Of a DNA stretch of 64,000 nucleotides, positions 38,699 through 48,099 are shown in pieces. The notes under the pieces are model-generated. The model did not search any database and was not told where the DNA came from. It saw only the letters and a list, made by a program, of their open reading frames with translations. The first letter of the stretch is position 1. Each line of letters starts with the position of its first letter. Where the stretch lies: positions 736,001 to 800,000 of the forward strand of contig JBEKKK010000001.1 in the NCBI GenBank assembly GCA_050010755.1. Direction: 5' to 3'. The translations under genes were made by a program, and so were the position numbers. The DNA comes from Candidatus Bathyarchaeia archaeon. GTDB lineage: Archaea > Thermoproteota > Bathyarchaeia > Bathyarchaeales > Bathycorpusculaceae.

Positions 38699-39658
38699 AT
38701 GGAGAAGGCGAAACGTTTGGCTGCACAGACAATGAGACAGAGACTGCTCAAGTATAACACGCCGCGCAGAGTGGTTCAGTTTCTGTCCTTCATCTTCTTC
38801 AGCTCAATAGTTTTCAGTCTCGGTGCGCTACCGCTGTTGTTTCCGGTTCTTTGGACGTGGGGCCTGAAGGCGAACAGCGTGGGTGACGCTTTCACGGCCA
38901 TGCAGCTGATGCCCACCGGATGGAACAACACCAGCATCCTTTTTCCTTGGATAGGATTAGCTTCGTTCCTTATCGTGGGTATACTCATCGGGAAATCGAT
39001 GTGCGGATGGGTCTGTCCCTTCGGCTTCGTCCAAGACATAATCGGTTTCTTTCGGCGTGAGCAGACTGATTTGTCACTGAGAACTCATGAAACCATGGTT
39101 TACGTGAAGTACATTGTTCTGGCAATTACGCTGTTCATCGTCGTCACTTTTTCAGCTTCAGAGATTGCGGGCGTCAGCGGAGGATACCAGAGTGGTCTCG
39201 GCATCTTTGCCTACGCGCCTTTCTCAACCTTGAGTCCGTCTGAAACCTTGTTCGCCACGTTGCCGAGTTATATTCACGGTTTCTCCGTTAACGTGTTTTC
39301 AAGCCAGGGCGTGAACGTGCTGAGCAGCATTTCGAGCTTGCCGGCGCTTTTTTGGATTCAATTTGCAGTAATGGTTTTTGTTCTGGCCTTTGTGTTCTAC
39401 GTGCCTCGAAGCTGGTGCAGGTACTTCTGCCCTCACGGAGCCATCATGGCTATCATGAACAATTTCAGCTTCCTCGGCTTGAAGAGAGAACCTACGAAAT
39501 GCGAGAAAGCTGGATGCGGCCTCTGCGTTCAGGTCTGTCCTACACGCGTTCCTATTCTGGACCTGCCTTGGGAAAAATTCAGCCATCCGGAGTGCATTTA
39601 CTGCATGCGATGCGCTGACGTTTGTGAACACGGAGCCATCAAGCCGACGTATCCCTAA
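38699..39658 (+). CDS. membrane 4Fe-4S binding protein (NapH/MauN-like)
   Basis: CGWVCPFG, WCRYFCPHG, two ferredoxin motifs, transmembrane helices. Confidence 0.88.
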   Translation: MEKAKRLAAQTMRQRLLKYNTPRRVVQFLSFIFFSSIVFSLGALPLLFPVLWTWGLKANSVGDAFTAMQLMPTGWNNTSILFPWIGLASFLIVGILIGKSMCGWVCPFGFVQDIIGFFRREQTDLSLRTHETMVYVKYIVLAITLFIVVTFSASEIAGVSGGYQSGLGIFAYAPFSTLSPSETLFATLPSYIHGFSVNVFSSQGVNVLSSISSLPALFWIQFAVMVFVLAFVFYVPRSWCRYFCPHGAIMAIMNNFSFLGLKREPTKCEKAGCGLCVQVCPTRVPILDLPWEKFSHPECIYCMRCADVCEHGAIKPTYP

Positions 39659-39675
39659 GGTTCGTTGCGACGCTT

Positions 39676-40893
39676 TCAGTTTTTCCTTGCCCAGGGGCTT
39701 TTTGAGTATTCGTTCAGAACCGTTTCGTACACGTTTTTGGTTTGTTGAGCTATAGTGTCCCAGTTGTATTTCTCTTGGATTTTTCTTTGCGCATTGGCTC
39801 TCAAGCGGTTTGCTAAGGCCTCGTCCGTGAGCACCCTCGTTATTCCCCAGGAAAGTGAATCGGGGTTGCCGGAGTAAACTTTGATTCCGTCTACTTCGTG
39901 GTTGACTATTTCTGATAGGCCGCCGGCGTCTGAGACTACGACAGGGCTTCCTGCGGCCATGGCTTCGAGGGCTACTATTCCGAAGGGTTCGAAGAGGGAG
40001 GGCACGACTGAGACGTCGGCGCACTTCTGCAGTTTTCGCAGAGTTTCGTTGTCTAGGAAGCCAGTGAACATGACTTTGTGGGCTATTCCCAGCTGTTGAG
40101 CGAGGTTTGAAAGCTGGTCTCTCATGTATCCGTTTCCGACGAACACGAACTTCGCGTCTATTCCTTCCAGCACCTTTGGAATGGCGCTTACGAGCACGTG
40201 GGCTCCCTTTTCATGCACTAGTCTTCCCACGAAGAGCACGATCTTTTCTTGCGGCAAGGCGAACTTGTTTCGAAATTGGCTCAGGTCTTCGTTTTCTTTT
40301 TTCGCGTAGGCTTCGAAGTTGACGCCGTTTGGCACCATGACCAACTTGTCAGGTGGAAGTCCGAAGGCCCATTGTACGTGTGTTATCATGTAGTCGCTGC
40401 AGCATATGACCTTCCAGGCTTCGTAGGTCAGCCACCCCTCAGTTTCATGTATCATCCTCTCATAGTCGGTGTGAATGCCGTTTCTGCGGCCGATTTCTGT
40501 GGAGTGCATCGTGGCAAAGAACGGTTTTCTGAAGACGTGCTTCAATCCTATCCCAGCCGTCGCAACGAGCCAATCGTGAGCGTGGAACACGTCAATGGCT
40601 CCACCGAGGCTGTGGACGAGCGCGGCGGCCTCTTTCTGCATATTTACGTTCATGAGGTAAACCCATGTTGCAAAATCCGGCGCGGGGTTCTTGTACGAGT
40701 CCACGCGGTAGACCTCAACGCCGTCTACGATCTCATGCGGGGGAGCTCCTGGAAAATCGCATGTCACCACGTAGACTTTTACGCCGTGCTTGGCCAAGTT
40801 TCTGGAAAGGTTGTAAATGTGCGGGGATATTCCTCCTATGATTCTCGGCGGGAATTCCCAAGTGAGCATCATGACGCTCAATTCTCCGTTCAT
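39676..40893 (-). CDS. GT4 glycosyltransferase (glycogen-synthase-like)
   Basis: WEFPPRIIGG, HAHDW, FVGRLVHEKG, EPFGIVALEAMA. Confidence 0.92.
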   Translation of the reverse strand: MNGELSVMMLTWEFPPRIIGGISPHIYNLSRNLAKHGVKVYVVTCDFPGAPPHEIVDGVEVYRVDSYKNPAPDFATWVYLMNVNMQKEAAALVHSLGGAIDVFHAHDWLVATAGIGLKHVFRKPFFATMHSTEIGRRNGIHTDYERMIHETEGWLTYEAWKVICCSDYMITHVQWAFGLPPDKLVMVPNGVNFEAYAKKENEDLSQFRNKFALPQEKIVLFVGRLVHEKGAHVLVSAIPKVLEGIDAKFVFVGNGYMRDQLSNLAQQLGIAHKVMFTGFLDNETLRKLQKCADVSVVPSLFEPFGIVALEAMAAGSPVVVSDAGGLSEIVNHEVDGIKVYSGNPDSLSWGITRVLTDEALANRLRANAQRKIQEKYNWDTIAQQTKNVYETVLNEYSKSPWARKN

Positions 40894-41507
40894 GCCGTGG
40901 CCCCCGAGTTTCTGTAGGTCTCCAGTATTTCTTTTATCCAGTTCTCAGATTTGGGCGATATGACTCTGATCTTGCCGGGCGGGGCTTTGTATATCCTGAT
41001 TATCTCTTCTTTCATCCATTCGGACTTGACGACTAGTTTTTCGGCTTCGGTTGTTCCAAGCCATTCGATGCTCTTTATCGACATGTTGAACGGTGAATTG
41101 GCGCCGTGAGAACGGTGTTCCTCCACGCTCTCGACGGAATAAATGAACGGGATGGCAAGTGCCCTTTTCAAAGTGACAGCGGCGGGTATGAAGTGCCAGT
41201 CATGTACGTCGATGAGATCAACTTGTTTGTCCGATGCGTAGTAGATGTTTGCGGCGACTCTTTCGACTTCTTGGTTCAAGGTGAGAACCCATGTTAGGAC
41301 GCCTATGTGAGTGTGAACAGGGTTAGTCACTCTGAAAGTCTTTACGCCCTCAGGCTCCTCATGCTCTCCGGTTAGAAAGTCATGATAGGTGACTACCCAT
41401 GCTTTCTCGTTGTTCTTAACAAGCTCAGTGGCTAATCTTTTCACGTAGTCTGCGAGTTCCCCGACGATTCTGGGCGGGTATTCCCAAGAAAATATCACAA
41501 TGTGCAT
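40890..41507 (-). CDS. stand-alone GT4 N-terminal domain
   Basis: WEYPPRIVG, HDW; lacks the C-terminal nucleotide-sugar domain. Confidence 0.8.
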   Translation of the reverse strand: MHIVIFSWEYPPRIVGELADYVKRLATELVKNNEKAWVVTYHDFLTGEHEEPEGVKTFRVTNPVHTHIGVLTWVLTLNQEVERVAANIYYASDKQVDLIDVHDWHFIPAAVTLKRALAIPFIYSVESVEEHRSHGANSPFNMSIKSIEWLGTTEAEKLVVKSEWMKEEIIRIYKAPPGKIRVISPKSENWIKEILETYRNSGATA

Positions 41508-41517
41508 TGAGGTTTCA

Positions 41518-41769
41518 CTACGTGAAGATTGCGCAGATTTTTATTATCCCGCTCCCTGTTAGGTAGTACTTCTTCTTTCCTTCGTTATCCGTGAAGCTTT
41601 CGGCAAAGCCTTGGCGTTTGTAATCATCAAGAATTCTTTCCAACTCTTGCAGGTCAACCTGCATGACCTGCGACAGTTCTTCGCTTCGTCTGGCCAGCTC
41701 GGGAGATGTTGCACAGAGATTATGTAAAGTTTGCAAAATCTTCTCTGGAAGTGGAAGCGCTTCGCTCAT
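41518..41769 (-). CDS. small winged-helix protein
   Basis: helix-turn-helix then wing (GKKKYYLTGSG). Confidence 0.6.
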   Translation of the reverse strand: MSEALPLPEKILQTLHNLCATSPELARRSEELSQVMQVDLQELERILDDYKRQGFAESFTDNEGKKKYYLTGSGIIKICAIFT

Positions 41770-41841
41770 ACAATCACCTTAATTGTGCCCTGAAGCTATT
41801 GTTGGCGAGTTTTTCTTATAAAGGCATGTGCGCATCCGAAG

Positions 41842-43391
41842 TTAGAAGTATTTGGTGGCGGAGCGCATCTCGGCCGTGAGTTTCGTTGACTCCTTGTCAA
41901 CGTGTTTGATTATTGCTTGTCTGAGAGGTTCGCCCATAAGTTTTGAGAGTCTTTCTTTCTTCAGATTTTGCTCCAATGCTGGGTCATGAAGCGACTTCAG
42001 AGCCCACTGTTCGAAGTCTCCTCGGTTGTTGTGGAATTCCAGGGATTTCATGCTCACGTTGCGAATGGCCTTTGTGAAGCCTTTCAGGCTCCAGGCCGTT
42101 GTTCCTGTGAAGTGCTTTTCTCCTACGCCCGTATAGAATCGGAAGGGTTCGTCCGCGACTACGGCGGCGAGTCTGACTCTGTTTTCGAAGTCCAGTATTG
42201 CTGCTTGCGCGGTTACGAAGGCGTCCATAGGTGTGCTGTAGGGGCTGAAGTACGAGTGGACCTCGCCAGGCGAGCCTCCGGCGGTGAACATGTAATAGAG
42301 GTGGTCGCTTGTCTGGAAATATCGCCACGTTCTCAGGAATTCTTTGTCCTCAGTTTCCCTGACGAAGGGTTCCAACCGTCTCAATGTCGTGTAGAAAGCC
42401 CACTGCAGGGTGTTTCCGAGCCAGCAGCTCGCGTCTCTCTCTCCAGATCCGCCCATGAGACTGTTCCTCCGAGCTCTGGGACGTCGATTTCTCCTGCGGG
42501 GACGTGTTTCTGTGCTGCTTCGGAGGGCGTGGTCATTTGGAGGTTCCACCACTTCAGTATTTCAGGCGGCAAGTGTCTCAGGAAGTCGTGAATGCCGGTT
42601 TCGGGCCAGTGGTGTTCTCCGAAGGTCTCGTAGTCTGGGAAGATGTTGATGCAGTCGCCAGGCGTTGCTGCTAGCCAACTCGCGTATTTGTCCGCGGTCA
42701 ATGGCCACTCGTTCCACCATCTCGCCGAGAACCTGAAGCCTATGTCGTCTGTGAGCTTGTAGTTTCGCAGGAGTATCTTGATTTTTTTCAGGCCTTTGGG
42801 CAGGTAGAGGTGGTTCGGCGATTTTCCATGGAGAATTCTTTCCACGCCTTCGGTGAAGATTCCTTTGTAACCTAGCTTTTCAACTGTTCTCGCGACGGCG
42901 TTGTTGTAGAGCAGCTCCGTGTTCTCGAAGACTGTTGACTTGTAGTCCAGCAGGTCTCTCATAACCTGCTGATGCATCTTCACCTGATCGATGAATTCTT
43001 CTCTCTCGGGGTAGAGGCTTGCCAGGGAGTGATAGTAGGTTTGGCTCAGGAACTCCACTTGGCCAGAATCTGCGAGTTGTTTGAACGTTTCCAGAAGGTC
43101 CTTGTTGAACATTTCGCACTGTTCCAGAAAGACGCCTGAGAGGCTGAACGAGAATTTGGGCTTTTTCTTTTCTCCTTTGTACCTGTCGATGAGTTCGAGC
43201 AGTATGCTGTTCGAGGGAAAGTAGCATTTTCTGCTTGTCCTTTCAAAAACTTCTCTGTTCATCGCGCTGTCAAAGTAGTAGTCGAAGTAGTCTTTTTTGG
43301 CAACGCGTTCGAACATTTTGCTTTCCCAAAAGAAGCTTCGTTTTATTCTGTGTGGTTGATGGACCTCAAAAACAAGAACAACGTCTGTCAA
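41842..43391 (-). pseudogene. GH57 alpha-amylase with C-terminal DUF5752-like domain, frameshifted at (TC)5
   Basis: FEVHQP, ENTEL, DYETFGEH in N part; SDHLYYM in C part; deleting one GA restores SWADLERDASCWLGN. Confidence 0.9.
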
Positions 43392-43478
43392 ACCTTTGTC
43401 CTCTGTGCCTTTATCGGTTAATCGTTTATTTCTTGTTTGCTGTCAGGGGAGCAGGCGTGGTTAGACAGGGGCGGCTGG

Positions 43479-44258
43479 TCATATTTCGAATTTGTCTATT
43501 ATCTTTCTCTCTCTTTCTCCTGTTATTTCGGCGATGACGTGGATGTACGGTTGAAGTCCCGAGTTTTCGATTCTGGGTTTGAGGAGTTCGTCTATTTGGA
43601 AGACTCCAGCGGAGTTTGACATTGTTATTCTTATCGTTACGGGTTTCGGTTCGCTTTCTTGGATGCTAACCTTTTCGATAGACAATGCGGAGACGGAGTG
43701 AATGTCAACTTTTCCAGCTTGGAACGGTATGCGAGCTCTTCCCTCTTCCATGTCCAAGGCGTCGGCAATGCGCACGATGCCCGCTTCAATTGTTAGGGGT
43801 TTGACTGGGTTCTCGTGTGCGACTATGCAGTGCAACACTTCGGAAAGGATGATGGTGCGTTCCTCCTCAGAGTAGACGGCTTGCAAGTATTTTTCGATGA
43901 GTTGCGAGGCCAGAAGCGCGCTATAATACGCGTGTCCCTCCCTTAGAACTGTCATACCGAGATCGTGGAAGATTGAGCCTAACACGACGACCACTTCGGC
44001 GTCGTCGTTTTTCATGTTGTAGTTTTTGACGATGCTGGGTACGACTTTTTTGTCAATCAGTATTCTGAGGATTTTGAGGGCAACGTTGGAGACGATTTTC
44101 ACGTGGGTGGGCCCGTGATCCGTGTAGCCCATGCGGTCGATGGCCATCACGTTTGCGCATCTCCATAGAGTCTGCAGCTTGGTGTCTTTCTTGACTTCCT
44201 CGATTACATGCTTCAGCTTCTGATTGTCACGAAACGGGATGTTGAAAACGTACGACAT
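43479..44258 (-). CDS. HD-domain phosphohydrolase
   Basis: DHGPTH, FHDLG, ADALDM. Confidence 0.9.
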   Translation of the reverse strand: MSYVFNIPFRDNQKLKHVIEEVKKDTKLQTLWRCANVMAIDRMGYTDHGPTHVKIVSNVALKILRILIDKKVVPSIVKNYNMKNDDAEVVVVLGSIFHDLGMTVLREGHAYYSALLASQLIEKYLQAVYSEEERTIILSEVLHCIVAHENPVKPLTIEAGIVRIADALDMEEGRARIPFQAGKVDIHSVSALSIEKVSIQESEPKPVTIRITMSNSAGVFQIDELLKPRIENSGLQPYIHVIAEITGERERKIIDKFEI

Positions 44259-44352
44259 TCCATCCGAGCCTATGCTCTTTTCTCATTCATATCCTCATGC
44301 GAGAATTTAAACAATTAGCTTACAGGCGCAGCCTGAGAAGGCGTAACTTTTG

Positions 44353-44787
44353 CTAGGATCGTTTCAGCTTTGGTCGGGTGTAGATTTCGATTACGTAGTT
44401 GTCCGGATCACAGTATGATACGGCGAAGTATCCCTGCTCAAATTCGGGATGCTCTTCGCAGGGAAACAGGGCTTTGAACCCGTTTTCCATCATCATTTTC
44501 TCGACAGCTTCAACGTTTCCCTTTTCTGGCACTAGAATCGCCAGGTGATCAGCTACAACAAACTCTTCTCCCGTGGGGCGGTCGCGTTTGACTCTTGGTT
44601 TTTGCGAGCTGCCAAGCCATACTTGAAAGTTTTGATTGGAGAATCCTGCTCCATCTTCCTCGTCCATTATCATGGAAAATCCTAGCCCTTCTAACAAGGT
44701 CTTGTAAAACTTTTTGGAACGGGTCAAATTGGAAACTTCGATTCCGACATGACCGACTACTGTTTGAGTCTGCTTGTTTGAAGCCAT
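44353..44787 (-). CDS. VOC/glyoxalase-family protein
   Basis: HVGIEVS, DHLAI, DPDNYVIE. Confidence 0.88.
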   Translation of the reverse strand: MASNKQTQTVVGHVGIEVSNLTRSKKFYKTLLEGLGFSMIMDEEDGAGFSNQNFQVWLGSSQKPRVKRDRPTGEEFVVADHLAILVPEKGNVEAVEKMMMENGFKALFPCEEHPEFEQGYFAVSYCDPDNYVIEIYTRPKLKRS

Positions 44788-44934
44788 AACCCCACGCTCG
44801 GCATGATTGATGTTATTGCTTACTTAAATCACTTTTACAGATGAGCAAGACCAGTGTCGCGGTCCTCATGGGAACTCGGCCCTTCCGCGAATCTTTTAAT
44901 AAACACGGTTTCTTCATTGGATTGCGTTGGGACC

Positions 44935-45270
44935 ATGGCGTATTTGCGGAAAGACGATGAGACGGTGGAGATAGACCACCCTCTGTGGAAAGTTTGGGCG
45001 GGTACCCAAAACGCGCTTAAGATTCTGCAATGGAGTACTGAACAAGTTGATGAGGCTGCACATCGTGTTAAGGCAAAGACGAAAGCAGGCCCATGGTCGT
45101 GGGGTTCAATACTTTTAATCAACGTAACTCCCGTAAACGAGAGCACGACGAGGGTTTCAGTTGCGGCAGAGACGACGATTACCATGATTACGGCGATAAT
45201 TGATTTTGGCCAAGGAAGAAGACGCATAGGTCAATTCTTCGCGGAACTGGCGAAACAATTAGCCAGCTGA
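44935..45270 (+). CDS. hypothetical protein (alpha/beta, DUF1499-like)
   Basis: compact ORF from MAYLRK; start estimated. Confidence 0.55.
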   Translation: MAYLRKDDETVEIDHPLWKVWAGTQNALKILQWSTEQVDEAAHRVKAKTKAGPWSWGSILLINVTPVNESTTRVSVAAETTITMITAIIDFGQGRRRIGQFFAELAKQLAS

Positions 45271-45312
45271 TGATTTATCAAAGCGTGCGCGCTTGGCAGC
45301 TGCGTTATCGGT

Positions 45313-46065
45313 CTAGGAATGCGTTTTCGGGAAGATCTTGATGTCAAACCCTTGAACCGAGTACTCGTAACGTTGATAGCTCTGTGGGTTGTACCGCCAC
45401 CCGGCTTTTTTGACTTCTAAGAATCTTTTTCCGCCTTCCCTCGATAGGTTCACAACAACCTGCGTTATGTGCTCGATTATCGCACAGAACTCTTTGGGGT
45501 GCGCATCTCTGACTATCGTCCAATAGGCTAAGGTCTTGTATGCGTACAGTGCTGGGCAGACGTGCCCAAAGAATCCTTTGACCGCGTCACTTCCCCAAAT
45601 GTGCTGCATCATGGATAAACTGTTGAAAACGAGCCTTGCACTGGGTGTTACGAATTCTCTTTCGATTCTACCGAAGAATTTGTGGAATTGTTCTGGATCT
45701 TTTGAGGTTGGAACTTTTCGCATCCAAGAGGGCGCCGTATCGTAGAAGTCATTGAATATCAATTCGCCCTGACCTGAAGATTCAGAGAAGCAGTCCAGCA
45801 CAAGGAATCTGTCCTCCCAGCCCTGCGGGAAAGTTTTGACGAGAGGAGTCAATTGGAGAATAAGGGCTTGAGGAGGATACATGAAGTCAAGGTATATGAT
45901 TTGGTTCTTGTCCACGACTCCTTGCTTCATAAAAGTGTAGAGGAACTCCCTTGCAAACGTTCCCGATTCTACCTCAAACACCACATTCTCGCCGATGTAG
46001 AGGCCCCCGCCCAAGAGCTTATCTAGAGTTTTGATACCTGTGGAGAACGTGCCAGTGTTGTTCAT
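45313..46065 (-). CDS. KaiC/RAD55-like RecA-fold protein with degenerate P-loop
   Basis: STGIKTLDKLLGGG; ESGTFARE in place of GxGKT; VFNS in place of Walker B DS; LEVKK. Confidence 0.8.
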   Translation of the reverse strand: MNNTGTFSTGIKTLDKLLGGGLYIGENVVFEVESGTFAREFLYTFMKQGVVDKNQIIYLDFMYPPQALILQLTPLVKTFPQGWEDRFLVLDCFSESSGQGELIFNDFYDTAPSWMRKVPTSKDPEQFHKFFGRIEREFVTPSARLVFNSLSMMQHIWGSDAVKGFFGHVCPALYAYKTLAYWTIVRDAHPKEFCAIIEHITQVVVNLSREGGKRFLEVKKAGWRYNPQSYQRYEYSVQGFDIKIFPKTHS

Positions 46066-46149
46066 TTTTGACAGTCATTCCCAGCCTTTGCTTTGAATAT
46101 CCACTGATAATAATGTTTAGGTATGTTCCACGGTGTTCATGTGTGTACA

Positions 46150-46180
46150 CTATGCACATAACCCTTGTATATTTGAACAT
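46150..46180 (+). promoter_or_regulatory. bipartite motif CTATGYACATA-N13-TGAACAT, copy 1 (upstream of gdh)
   Basis: same arms and spacing as 48028-48058. Confidence 0.65.
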
Positions 46181-46209
46181 TGCTTTGGTGTATCCTACAG
46201 AATGGAGGC

Positions 46210-48003
46210 ATGAAAAGAATGTTGACTTCAGTAGAGCTTTCAGGAAGAGAACTCGGAATGATAAAGCTGATGGCTGACTTCTTCGCTGAAAAACCAGAGC
46301 TAGTAGCAAAAATCGAGAGCTACACAACGGCCCACTATGCACTGATGACGACATACTCGGAGAACTTCGGTGTCCCTGTAGAAGACGCTTGGAAGGTCTT
46401 CGAGGAGGTTGAGAGGAAGATCAACGAGGCAGAATACATACGCGTTGAGGCACCGTATCCATTGAAGAAGTGGTACAGTCTGTCCAAAGAAGAAATAAAC
46501 ATGATGCGCGTCTTGTGCGACTACTTCTCAGCAAACCCTAAGATGAGCCCCGAGAGCGCCTTTGCCGCGACCAGAACAGAATCAATCATAGAGGCCTATA
46601 AATGGTTCTTCGGAACCACAGAGGGCAACGGCGAATATGCTAGAGAGAGCTACCGAAATCTTGTTGAGAAAACGCAAACGGCACTGTCGGTCAAGCTGGA
46701 AACACTGGCCTCGGTTGTAGCAACGCCAAACCCTTACGAAGCCGTCCTCAAGCTCCTGCAAATCGCCGGAGAGAAGTTGAAGCTAGACCCAGGAGTGCAT
46801 GAAGTCCTAAAGCGCCCCATGCGAACCATCATCGTTAATGTTCCAACCACGATGGACGACGGAAGCATAAGAGTCTTCACTGGCTATCGTGTCCAATACA
46901 ACGATGTCTTAGGTCCGACAAAAGGCGGTACAAGATATCACCCTGACCTGACGTTGGACGAGGTCATCGCGCTGGCCGCATGGATGACGCTGAAAACCGC
47001 TCTAACAGGGCTTCCTCTTGGGGGCGGCAAAGGTGGAATACGCTGCAACCCGAAAGAAATGTCCCCCGGGGAACTGGAAAGATTAACCCGAGGCTACACA
47101 CGGGCATTGGCAAGATTCATCGGACCACGCTCAGACGTACCCGCACCAGATGTTTACACAGACTCTCAAACAATGGCATGGATAATGGACGAGTATAGCC
47201 AGATAGTGGGATACAACGCCTTTGGAGTCGTGACGGGAAAGCCAGTTGACGTAGGAGGTTCACTTGGAAGAAACGAGGCAACATCTCGAGGCTTGATGTA
47301 CACCATAATCGAGGCAGCGAAGCACCTAAGCATAGAGCTTCAAGGGGCAACAGTTGCGGTTCAAGGATTCGGGAACGTGGGCTTTCACTCAGCCATGCTG
47401 CTCCATGAACTCGGTTGCAAGATAGTTGCAGTCTCAGACTCCAGAGGTGCGATACTTGATCCTGATGGGCTGAACCCAGCAAAAGTCCTGGAACACAAGA
47501 ACAAAACAGGCTCCGTTACAGGCTACAAGAATTGCAAAGCGCTCTCGAACAAAGAATTGCTAGAGTTGGAATGTGACATCCTCGTCCCATCAGCCATGGA
47601 AAACCAGATAACCACGGCAAACGCAGGCAAAATCAAGGCGAAAATCGTGGCTGAAGGCGCAAACGGACCAACCACGCCAGACGCGGACGAAACACTGTAC
47701 AGAAACGGAGTGTTCGTTATCCCTGATGTTTTGGCCAACTCGGGCGGCGTAATAGTCAGCTACTTTGAACAAGTGCAGAACCAAATGAACTACTATTGGA
47801 CCGAGGAGGAAGTGCGGAGCAAACTGAAGAGCGCGATAGTCAATGCATTCAAAGATGTTTTCGCAGTGTCCGAACAGTACAAGGTGAACATGCGAATAGC
47901 AGCCTACATGAACGCTGTAAAGAGACTTGCCGATGCAATGTCATTCCGCAACAGGAAAACCTTCGTTCCAGTCGCCGAGATAAATAACGTCACAGTCAAA
48001 TGA
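46210..48003 (+). CDS. gdhA: glutamate dehydrogenase with ~170-aa duplicated N-terminal extension
   Basis: GPTKGG, GGGKGG, DVPAPD, VTGKP, QGFGNVG, EGANGP, SYFEQVQN; start 46210 or 46219. Confidence 0.93.
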   Translation: MKRMLTSVELSGRELGMIKLMADFFAEKPELVAKIESYTTAHYALMTTYSENFGVPVEDAWKVFEEVERKINEAEYIRVEAPYPLKKWYSLSKEEINMMRVLCDYFSANPKMSPESAFAATRTESIIEAYKWFFGTTEGNGEYARESYRNLVEKTQTALSVKLETLASVVATPNPYEAVLKLLQIAGEKLKLDPGVHEVLKRPMRTIIVNVPTTMDDGSIRVFTGYRVQYNDVLGPTKGGTRYHPDLTLDEVIALAAWMTLKTALTGLPLGGGKGGIRCNPKEMSPGELERLTRGYTRALARFIGPRSDVPAPDVYTDSQTMAWIMDEYSQIVGYNAFGVVTGKPVDVGGSLGRNEATSRGLMYTIIEAAKHLSIELQGATVAVQGFGNVGFHSAMLLHELGCKIVAVSDSRGAILDPDGLNPAKVLEHKNKTGSVTGYKNCKALSNKELLELECDILVPSAMENQITTANAGKIKAKIVAEGANGPTTPDADETLYRNGVFVIPDVLANSGGVIVSYFEQVQNQMNYYWTEEEVRSKLKSAIVNAFKDVFAVSEQYKVNMRIAAYMNAVKRLADAMSFRNRKTFVPVAEINNVTVK

Positions 48004-48027
48004 CCTCATTCCCCTATTTTTTACTTC

Positions 48028-48058
48028 CTATGTACATATCCTGCTTTTCGCTGAACAT
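48028..48058 (+). promoter_or_regulatory. bipartite motif copy 2 (upstream of the RHH gene)
   Basis: CTATGTACATA-N13-TGAACAT. Confidence 0.65.
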
Positions 48059-48099
48059 GACTTAAAAGAGACAAGCGGAGAGCATAGAGCTGTGAGAGA

